Virus record (IMG/VR): IMGVR_UViG_3300017791_000194
Location: 10,083 to 74,082 of that record
Length of the DNA: 64,000 nucleotides
DNA from: a virus
Lineage: Duplodnaviria; Caudoviricetes
Strand: one strand, 5' to 3'
Of this stretch, positions 25,380 to 34,300 are shown one piece after another. A program made the translations under genes and the position numbers. Under the pieces are notes generated by a model. The model made no database searches. It worked only from the letters and a program-made list of their open reading frames with translations, and was not told where the DNA came from. Each line of letters starts with the position of its first letter. The stretch's first letter is position 1.

Positions 25380-26030
25380 CTACTCGAAGGTGTCGGACTG
25401 GAAGGCGTCGGACTGGAAGTCCGAGCTGCCGCCGCTAGCGATCGATGCATCAGCAGTGAAGCGACCCGGGATGAAGGCGTCGGCTATCCAGGTCCCGCTG
25501 ATTGTCTGCTTGATGTCGGCGTCAGCCGTCAGGCTGTTGTTCTGGGTCCGCAGGAGATCTGCATCTCCAGTGAACGAACCGGACTGCGTGCGCAACGCCA
25601 CAGCGTTAGCGGCGAAGCCGAAGAACGTCGCGGCTGTGGATTGGGCGTCGGCCGTGAACGATCCCGTCTGTACCCGCAGGAGCGTCGAGTCGCCGGTGAG
25701 CGCGGCACTGATTGCTCGCAGCAGGTCAGCATCCGCTGTCCACGAGCCCGACTGGCTGCGGCGAAGTGTCGAGTCGCCGGTGATGGACCCAGTCTGGTCG
25801 CGGCGAATAGCAGCATTGGCGGTGTGAGATCCAGTCTGCGTCTTGCGCTTGATCGCGTTGGCGGTGAAGCGGTTCTCCAGAGCAGCAACGCTGGCATTGA
25901 GGGCGACCAAGAAGTCGTGGAGCGTCGTGCCTGCGGTGTTGCTGCCGATCGTTGCCGACAGCTCGACGCCGTCATCGGGCGTTTGGCCGACATGAAACAC
26001 ATCGCCCCGAACATGCGTGAACCGGCTCAT
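25380..26030 (-). CDS. virion protein with FTADA-type repeats
   Basis: Same 13-aa repeat as the 1566-aa protein. Confidence 0.7.
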   Translation of the reverse strand: MSRFTHVRGDVFHVGQTPDDGVELSATIGSNTAGTTLHDFLVALNASVAALENRFTANAIKRKTQTGSHTANAAIRRDQTGSITGDSTLRRSQSGSWTADADLLRAISAALTGDSTLLRVQTGSFTADAQSTAATFFGFAANAVALRTQSGSFTGDADLLRTQNNSLTADADIKQTISGTWIADAFIPGRFTADASIASGGSSDFQSDAFQSDTFE

Positions 26031-26239
26031 ACGATCACCGCATCGGCCGTGAACGTGCTCCGGACTGCGAATGCCGCTCGGATGCGAGCCTCAAGATCAA
26101 TGAGCATTGCCTGCACGTCGGTGCCCGCTGGGTAGCGGCCGATGGCAGATGAGAGCGCGACCTGGCTGGCGTTTTCGGTACCTGTGTGATCACGGTCCCG
26201 GTAGTGACGGAGGCGGGCTGTCATTGGGTTCGAGCCCAC
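26027..26239 (-). CDS. small virion-associated protein (HYRDRDH motif)
   Basis: Paralog of the adjacent ORF; probable start MTARLRH. Confidence 0.55.
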   Translation of the reverse strand: MGSNPMTARLRHYRDRDHTGTENASQVALSSAIGRYPAGTDVQAMLIDLEARIRAAFAVRSTFTADAVIV

Positions 26240-26406
26240 AGATCGGCAAGAACGCTCGCCAACGTGTCGCCAGCGTTGTAGGTGCTGAAGTCGGCGTCGA
26301 TCAGAACATCGACGTCCGTCTCGGTACCCTGGTGGTCACGATCCCGGTAGTGGGTCTGAACGATCTGGCCAGCCGTGACGACCGCGTCGGCGGTGAAGCT
26401 GCCCAT
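26221..26406 (-). CDS. small virion-associated protein (HYRDRDH motif)
   Basis: ggggg SD; paralogous motif HYRDRDHxGTE. Confidence 0.6.
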   Translation of the reverse strand: MGSFTADAVVTAGQIVQTHYRDRDHQGTETDVDVLIDADFSTYNAGDTLASVLADLWARTQ

Positions 26407-26409
26407 GGT

Positions 26410-27897
26410 TCACCCCCCACTGATGTACTCAACGAACAGCGAGTCGCCCGTGAGGGGCGCGTCGGTGAAGGTGAACTCGCCTGCGGACGGGTCAGACTCC
26501 GTGTACTCAATCGTGGGCCGCTGAAGCAGGCCATTCATCCAGACTCGCAGCGAGCCCGCGACGTACGAATCGGTGACGGAGAAGACTGTGGTCGCCCCGT
26601 CTGTAGCCGGAGTCGGCTCCATCGTCACGGTCGAACCAGCCGGAGAGGGCGCGCTGCCATCGGACACGGTGACTGGCTCGGTAGTGACGACGTTCGCGTC
26701 GCCCTGAAGCTTGCGCATGTACTTCCACAGGGTCCAGGGGTCCTCGGTGAGGATGCCGAAGAAGCCCTCGAAGCGAGCCTCTGAGGGTGTGACGAAGGTG
26801 ACCCTGATGTTCCGGACCGGCAGGACGACGGTGAAGCCGAAGGTGTTCAGGGCAACGGTGACCACCGACCCTGGAATCAGAGGTGTGGGCGTAGTGCCAG
26901 AGAACCAAACCATTCGAACTTGCTTCTGGGGGTTGACGAGGCCGCGGACCGTGTCGTTGAGACCCGCACCCGCCGCGCCTGGTGCTCCCTCCACGATCAC
27001 CTTGGCATGAATGGCGCAGTTGGCGTCGCTCGCGAACCCGTTCTCATTGAAGTGCGCCTCACCGATCTGCCAGCGGCCACGGGCAGAGAGGCTCGTGCTG
27101 TTGGTGTAACGGCCGAAGTTCACGACTGATGTGGCGCCGGTTGAGGTCCAGGCGGCGCCACCCCAGACCAGGGCATCGTTGACCAGGTTCGTGCCGTCCT
27201 CGGTGTACTCGAACTCACGGAAGCCGAAGGTGGTCACTCGATCCGGTGTGTCGGAGAAGCTCCAGCCTGGAGTGGACGTCTCCAGCGACTGGTAGTGCAG
27301 GGCTTGCTCGTGGTCAAAGTAATACTGGGCGCCGGTCCACTGAACGATGTCGTTCATCAGCTCCCGGATCTTCGTGCCCGGGGTGTCGTAGACATACCTA
27401 TTGGAGTCAGTGCCGTACGGATTGCCGACATGCTCGACAAAGGTCGTGAAGTCGATGCTCGTGTCGGCGATGTCGATGTAGTCCGTGAAGGCAAGTTGGA
27501 TCACGTCGAAGTCGTCGGGCGAGCCTGTGAAGTCAGGGATGCCGTCGACCGGCGACGCCTTGTTGAACAACACCCGCTTGTCGAACCAGATGTTGTAGTC
27601 CACGCCGCGCAGGACCCATTGCCGGGTCTTCACGCCAGCGGCGCCAGCGGTAACCGTGTCGTCCACGGGCAACGCCAGCTTGCGGCCAACCTGAGTCACG
27701 ATGCCGCCGAAGTACAGCGAGCCGTCGATCGTCAGGGTGATGTGCTTGCCGGTTGTGAACGAGTACGTCTGGGCCTCGTCCTTGACAGTGACCTGGAACG
27801 AGCCCGGGATGCCGCCCATCTGCGACTCAAAGGTCGCGGTCGCCCACTGCACATCGGCAATGGGCGTCCCGTCGTAGGTGAAGACAATCGTGCTCAT
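26410..27897 (-). CDS. minor tail protein
   Basis: Follows the tape measure; paralog of 27894-31352; C-terminal VWMNGLLQRP..YTE domain. Confidence 0.75.
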   Translation of the reverse strand: MSTIVFTYDGTPIADVQWATATFESQMGGIPGSFQVTVKDEAQTYSFTTGKHITLTIDGSLYFGGIVTQVGRKLALPVDDTVTAGAAGVKTRQWVLRGVDYNIWFDKRVLFNKASPVDGIPDFTGSPDDFDVIQLAFTDYIDIADTSIDFTTFVEHVGNPYGTDSNRYVYDTPGTKIRELMNDIVQWTGAQYYFDHEQALHYQSLETSTPGWSFSDTPDRVTTFGFREFEYTEDGTNLVNDALVWGGAAWTSTGATSVVNFGRYTNSTSLSARGRWQIGEAHFNENGFASDANCAIHAKVIVEGAPGAAGAGLNDTVRGLVNPQKQVRMVWFSGTTPTPLIPGSVVTVALNTFGFTVVLPVRNIRVTFVTPSEARFEGFFGILTEDPWTLWKYMRKLQGDANVVTTEPVTVSDGSAPSPAGSTVTMEPTPATDGATTVFSVTDSYVAGSLRVWMNGLLQRPTIEYTESDPSAGEFTFTDAPLTGDSLFVEYISGG

Positions 27898-30800
27898 TTC
27901 CCAATCGCCATGTAGCAGCAGTAGACGGACTCGGCGACGACCGGTCGGCCGAAGTAGAAGTGCTTGTGATCGGGGTCCTCGAAGTAGTCGACCCCTGGCC
28001 GCTGACGCGTTCCATTCAGGTAGACATCCAGCGTCCCAGAGATGAACTCGTACGTCGTCGCTCGGATGAAGTCAGAGATGACGGTCGGCGCCTCGCAGCC
28101 GAACGACCCAGCCTCTGGGGTGCCTGGACTCCCTGCTGATGGGCCGACGACCCGATCACCCATCGTGATGTCCTCGAATTCCACCCGCATTGACTCGATG
28201 ATGTTGCCGCCGGTGTCGTGCGTGTTGTAGTTCCGACAGAAGATCCTGAACAGGCCGCTGAGCGACCACGAGTTGTAGTCGCCGCCGGAGTCCCAACTCA
28301 CCTGCCAGTCTGGGCGAGATTCGAGGTCAAGTCGCCATACCCGCATCTGGACGATGCCCGAGTGCAGGAACTGGGCCTCGATCTGGTACATCGCCCCGCC
28401 GACCCAGTTGATCTTGCTCAACGTCGCTGATCCCGTGAGAGTGTCCCCGGAGCCGGGCCGGATGGCGATGCCGCCCTTGCCCGACTCGCTTGATACCGCG
28501 ATCCCGAAGTTGAGTTCGTCAAATGATCCGTCCGTCTCCCAGCGGAACTGGAGCTTCAACGGACCACGATCGCTGACGCCGTCAGGGATGATCGACGGCA
28601 TCCGCACCTTCAATGACAGGATCGGTTCGTCGCCGATGGGCGGCGGGACCGGGTAGAGGTCAGCAGACCACTCGCCGGGTGACAGGCTGTGGTTAACCCG
28701 GGATTCACGGATGTAGCGCCCCACCTGGAGTCCACCGCCGACGCTCGACCCAACGCCGAAGTAGGCATTCTCGCTGGACACGTTGATGTCCCACACGGCC
28801 CCGCAGGAAGCTGTGCCCCATGATCCCGCCGAGTCCGTTCCAATGGCCGGAGTGCCGTCCGGCAGGACCCTGTTGAAATCGTCGATGCCAGCCGCCCCGA
28901 GATAACACGCCTTCCCGTCGTAGTCGAAGTCGATGAACTCGAACTGCGCCGTATGATCCGTGGTGATCGCCTGATTCGATGAATCGAAGTTGATATTGAA
29001 GAAGAACAAGGGATCGGTTGGTCCGTCGTCTATGTCGATGAGCCACGACGACGGCTCGGGATCATCAATGTTCCACACTCGAACTTTGTTCGACGTGCCG
29101 GGGACGACTTCCCATTTCACGTACATCATCGTCCCGTTGATCCAATCAGAATAATTGACTGAGGTAACGGGCGATGATTGGGTCGCGGTGTCCCAGAAGA
29201 CCTGAATCTGATCTCCGCCAATATCTAACGTCAACTGTCGGTCGGCTGAGTCCTGATCGTCAAATCTGAGCCTGAGTCGTTCTACTGTCATATCGCCAAC
29301 GACATCCCACAACATCAACATGGTGTAGCCACCGTCCGCCATCCAGAGATCGGTACGACCGCTGGCGTCGACGTGGATGTTGTAATTGCCCGATGCGTCG
29401 AAGTTGTTGCCAATGAGCTTGATGATGCCCTTGCCACCGTCCACCGACCCAGTGGCTTGCCCAATCCCGCCGCGAACCCACTCTACGAGGAAATCTGATG
29501 TGCCCCAATTCGGCACGACGACGCGCCTGAAGTTGTCGAATCGGAACTCGGTGCAGCGATTGAAATCGGTGACGTCGAGGTACTCGATGAAGATCGAGTC
29601 CGGGGCACTGTTCGATGGATCATCGGCCCAGTCGAGGCTAAGTGACGTGGCGGGCGCAGTGATGGTCGCCGTCACCTCCCAGCTCCCCGGCTCTGGGTCG
29701 CTCGCCAACCAGACTTTGGCACTGACCGTACTGACGCCGTCCCAATACAGCTTGGCGATGTAGTCCACATCGGCGGTGAACGTCCGGTCGTTGTCGTAGT
29801 CCTGCGTGCCGCCAACCCCACTGTTGCCGATAACGACCCGTCCATAACCGGTGCCGCTGGCGAAGGCATCGCTGAAGGTGACCTCGAAGAACCAGCGGGC
29901 CGTGGCCCCATCCATGCCAAAGATGTGGAAGTTCGCGAACAGGTCTGTAGCAGATGGAGGGATGTGATCCACTGAGAAGCGACAGCTCGCCGTAAATGCC
30001 CCGGCAGGCAGGGTCGACGTGAACATTGCGATCTCAGACGAGTCTGATGTCAACACACCCTGCGTGCCATTGACGCTCGACGATGTCCCTGCCGGGCTAT
30101 CAGCAGTCCAGTTGAACCCAGCATCTGCCATGCCCCAGCCGCTATCAGTTACTCGCGTGAACGTATCTGTAATCCCGCAATCGCCGCACCCACTCGGGGG
30201 CGGAGGGCTCCAGATCGGGGGCAATCCCGGGAGGCGGAACCTCGGGATCTTCGGGAAGTTGTGGTATGACAACGGACGATCAATCTCATAGGACAGCTGG
30301 AGGTCGTACAGCGCGTCCGTGGGCGTCGGGAACGTCATCGTCATGTTCCGAATCGGCAACACCTTGCTGATGCCGAAGACATTGCTGGTGATGTGAACCT
30401 TGTCGCCAGGAGTCAACCCGGGCTTCTTCACCCGGCAGGTGACCATCTGTGAGTCGTCCTTGCCGCCGTGGAGGTTCTGGGGCGAGCCGTAGACGATGGA
30501 GTTGCTGATCAGATTGGCTGTTGTCTGGCGGTAGACGTCGCCTCGCAGAATGCCGCTTTGCCAGCGGCCATGGTCCGCGATTGAGGCGGCGTCTTGCACC
30601 CGGGAGATGACCATCCTCGATGAGCCCAGCCCGGCGCCCCAGAACAGCGAGTCATTGGCGAGCTTGGTCCCATCGAACACCCAGTCCATATCTGAATAGC
30701 CGAACGAGGTCGTGTTGTTCGGCGTGTCAGACAGACGAAATGGCGCACTTTCGGTGTCGTCGTCTTCGTAGAACACGGTGCGGTCGGGCCGGATACCGAA

Positions 30801-31352
30801 CACGCCGCCAGGCAGCTGTGAGATGTTCAACATCGCCGTCTGCCAGATGTCGCCCAGCGCGAAGGGCAAGCCCTTCTCATCAGGGGTGATGACACCGACC
30901 TCACTGAAGCTGGTCGTCAGCCCGTCGCCAGCAAGATCCAGGAAGTCTGTGAAGAGCGTGGTCAGGGCGGCCTGATCGGTCGTCCCGACCGGGAAGTCGT
31001 CTGGCTTCTCTTTCGGATTGCTCGCCTTGTAGACATATCGCTTCTGAAACAGGATGTTGACGTCGACGCCGCGAAGATGCCACATCAGCACCTGGGGCTG
31101 CTGGCTCGTGTCGACCACGTAGAAGGCGAACTCTTTGCTCGCCTGGAAAACGTAGCCATCGAAGCTCCGGATGCCGTCGATGTCGAGGGTGATGTTGTCC
31201 GATGCCTTGAAGTCATAGGCAGCGGTCGGGTCCTTGACGCGAATGTCGAACTGACCCGGGAAGGCACCGATGGAGGTTGTGAAGGTGGCGTCGGCGAGGA
31301 TGACATCAGCGGTGATGTCGGTACCTTCGATCTTGATCGCGATCGTGCTCAC
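27894..31352 (-). CDS. large minor tail/host-recognition protein
   Basis: Directly after the tape measure; three D.F.RV...WG...W modules; C-terminal VYLNGTRQRP..YFE. Confidence 0.8.
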   Translation of the reverse strand: MSTIAIKIEGTDITADVILADATFTTSIGAFPGQFDIRVKDPTAAYDFKASDNITLDIDGIRSFDGYVFQASKEFAFYVVDTSQQPQVLMWHLRGVDVNILFQKRYVYKASNPKEKPDDFPVGTTDQAALTTLFTDFLDLAGDGLTTSFSEVGVITPDEKGLPFALGDIWQTAMLNISQLPGGVFGIRPDRTVFYEDDDTESAPFRLSDTPNNTTSFGYSDMDWVFDGTKLANDSLFWGAGLGSSRMVISRVQDAASIADHGRWQSGILRGDVYRQTTANLISNSIVYGSPQNLHGGKDDSQMVTCRVKKPGLTPGDKVHITSNVFGISKVLPIRNMTMTFPTPTDALYDLQLSYEIDRPLSYHNFPKIPRFRLPGLPPIWSPPPPSGCGDCGITDTFTRVTDSGWGMADAGFNWTADSPAGTSSSVNGTQGVLTSDSSEIAMFTSTLPAGAFTASCRFSVDHIPPSATDLFANFHIFGMDGATARWFFEVTFSDAFASGTGYGRVVIGNSGVGGTQDYDNDRTFTADVDYIAKLYWDGVSTVSAKVWLASDPEPGSWEVTATITAPATSLSLDWADDPSNSAPDSIFIEYLDVTDFNRCTEFRFDNFRRVVVPNWGTSDFLVEWVRGGIGQATGSVDGGKGIIKLIGNNFDASGNYNIHVDASGRTDLWMADGGYTMLMLWDVVGDMTVERLRLRFDDQDSADRQLTLDIGGDQIQVFWDTATQSSPVTSVNYSDWINGTMMYVKWEVVPGTSNKVRVWNIDDPEPSSWLIDIDDGPTDPLFFFNINFDSSNQAITTDHTAQFEFIDFDYDGKACYLGAAGIDDFNRVLPDGTPAIGTDSAGSWGTASCGAVWDINVSSENAYFGVGSSVGGGLQVGRYIRESRVNHSLSPGEWSADLYPVPPPIGDEPILSLKVRMPSIIPDGVSDRGPLKLQFRWETDGSFDELNFGIAVSSESGKGGIAIRPGSGDTLTGSATLSKINWVGGAMYQIEAQFLHSGIVQMRVWRLDLESRPDWQVSWDSGGDYNSWSLSGLFRIFCRNYNTHDTGGNIIESMRVEFEDITMGDRVVGPSAGSPGTPEAGSFGCEAPTVISDFIRATTYEFISGTLDVYLNGTRQRPGVDYFEDPDHKHFYFGRPVVAESVYCCYMAIGK

Positions 31353-31354
31353 AT

Positions 31355-34300
31355 CTAGCGCAGTCCCTGGAGCTGCATTCGACGGTTGAGTGCCTCTTCG
31401 ACCTGGCGCACGAGCTTCTGGAGATCGCCATCGTCGCGCACGGACGGGTTGTTGAAGATGATGTTGATCACCGGCGCCGCCGAGCCCCCACCGTCCCAGC
31501 TCATCTTCTGGGGATTGCGCAGGATGGCCACCGCCTCACCCTTGGCCTCGCCGACCGTGATGTCGGTCTGGCCTGGGGCGTAGCCGACAAGGCCGGTCTG
31601 GGCACCGATCCGGCCGTTGCCATTGAGGTCCGTATTGGTCAGACGCTCCAGGAGTCGGAGGTCAGTCTGTTCCTGACGCTCATCGGGAGAACCAGACGAG
31701 TTCAGGCCCGGGATAGATGTCGTCGCAGCCGCGAGCGTGGCGGCCACGACATAATCGACCGCGGCCTTGCCCGCCGCCTTCCCGGCCTTCTGGAAGGCCG
31801 TGATCAGGTTCGCGAACTCCTTCTCGCGGATATCGAGCGCCTTGCCCGTGGCTGCCTCGATGTCGTGCCAGATGCCCAGCAGCACCTGTTCGTTCTGGAC
31901 CTGCTGATCAAACCGAGACTGTGCATCCTGATCAAGCAGTTGCAGCTCGGCCTCCATGTTCTTGATCGCTTCCTGCGCCGCGAACGAGTCGATAGCGAAG
32001 GACTTGCCCTCCCGGAGCAGCGCGATCTGCGCGGTCAGATCGGTAATGGCGTTGGCATTCTCCTTGAGCCCAATGGCGAACTCGTTGCCGCTGAGCTGCT
32101 TCTGGAGATTGAGCTGTTCCTGCGCGAGCTTGGCCTGGGCCTCTGCGTCATCGCGGCGCGCGGCGCGCTCCTCGGATGTTTCACCCGGTGTCTGGAACCC
32201 GGCCAGTGCGAGCTGGAGATTGATCTGGCGCTGCTGAAGCTCCTGCTGGAGTAGCTGGAGCTGCCGACCGAGCGCGTAGTTTTGACCCTGAAGACCACCG
32301 ATCGTGTCCTTGACGTTGCCCTTGATCGCCTTGGTGAAGTCCTGGGCAATGCCCAGCTGCCGAGTCGCGATCCGGATCTCGTTGTTGTACTGGCTGACCT
32401 CCAGGTTCAGGCTGCGCTGGCTGAGCCCCAGCTGGATGTCCTGGATGCTCTTGCCCAACGTCGTGATGTCGTTGAGCAGATCAGGGCCGATCCAGGACTG
32501 GAGGGTCGCCCGCCCTTTCTCGATCTGCTCGTTGATCCGAGCCTGGGCGGGCTCGGCGAACTTTGCGTACTTCTCGAAGGCGGTCTGGTACTGGCCGACC
32601 GTGTTCTCGGTATCAGCGAATGCCCGGCCCGGCAGCGGCGCCGACGGCCGGAGACGCGGGTCGTTGAAGGGCACCAGCGGCTGATTGGCGAAGGCCAGTG
32701 CCTGCTGCGCGGGCAGAACCGTCTCGCGCTGGAAGCCTGCCCGACGGCTGATGTCGCGGAGCTGGACATCGAGCTGATTGAGGCCGCCCTGCTCAGGCGC
32801 GAGCCCGCCGATCGGCGAGGTCAGCTGGGCGACGATGTTGCCAACCGATGGCCGCAAGCCAGCCTGCTGCTGGGCGCTCAGGAACTGCGCCGCCAGGAAG
32901 TCAGAGATAGCACCAGTCAGCGCCAGGCCCTGTCCCTTGTCTGCGCGAGCACGCAGCGACTGCGCAAGGTCGTCAGCGCCGACAGACTCGAATGCCTTGA
33001 TCGTCGCGTCGATCCGCGCCTGGTCCGCCTCGCGGACGAGCTGGCTGAGCGAGCCACCCTTCTGGCCACGTTCAGTGACCGTCTTGAGCCAGTCGTTCAG
33101 CGCCTCATCCGCCTTGGCCTGCTCCTTCTCGATGGAGCTGCCTGGAGGAACGCCGAGGAACCCAGTGCCCGGACCTGCGCCACGACCAATGAAGGTGCCC
33201 GGCGCAGACATGCCTCGGAACGGTCCTGCGCCACCACCGAATGATTGGCTACCACCACCGGGTACCTGGTTCAGCGAGTTGCGCAGGATGTCCGAGGTAG
33301 ATCGATCAGACAGGACGCCCGGCAGCAGACCCAGATTGAACGGACCACCGGTCGAGCGAACAAGCGAAGCATCAAACCCCGCAGGGAGTCCCTGCGGGCG
33401 ACCCTGGCCGATATTTTGCGCGGCCGCAATCTGGACGACCTGTTCCTGAAGCGCCTGGTTACCAGCAACGCCCTGTGCTCGACCGGCCAGCGCCGGGGCG
33501 ACTTGTTTGCTTGTTTCATCAGCCAAGCCGCTAGCAGCCAACGTGGCGGCAGTAGCTGCCTTCGCCGAGCTACCACTGGCCCGGGCGCCCTTGGCCAGCT
33601 CTTCGCTCAGTGCCGCTGTGGCATTGCTGTAGTTCGTGGATCGCTCGGTAACATCCGCGATGGCCTTGGCCCCAGTCTCGAAGGCAGCGTTGAAGGCCGC
33701 GAACGTCGTGGTGAAAGCCACGCCAGCGCCGATCGCAGAGATGCCCCCCACAGCCAGGTTGCGGAAGGCGCTGCTGGCACCATCGATCTTGTCGATGGCC
33801 GCGTCGGTCGTCTTCGCAGCGTCTCGGGATGCGTCGCGAAGGAACAGCACGCTCTTTGCAAGCCGCGGCAGGCTAACTTCGAGGCTGGCGAGAACACCCA
33901 GCTGCTCCGTTGTCGCCGCGCCGCCAAGCCTGCGTATGGCACGTCGGTTGGCCAGACCGAACTGGAACTCCCTCCGGCGCGACTCAAACGTCTGCTCGGT
34001 GCGCTGCTGTTCAGAGATAGCAGCCTGCGCCGCCTTTACGTTCTTGGTCAGCTCGCCACGACCAGCAAGAGTCTGAACAACCTGGCTGACGGATGTGGTG
34101 AACGCTCGGACTGGGTTGAGGGCCTGGTCGATCGCCAGCTGGGCTCGTTCAGCCTGGCCACCTGAACGCCCCGCTCCCAGTCGCCCCTGACTGGCGAACG
34201 CAACCCGCGTTCGGAAGAACGGGTCCTGGCTGGGCAGGAGTTCTGGGATGGGCTGTCCCGCTGCAACGCCCCCGACCCCCGGCAACGGACCCGGGGGTGT

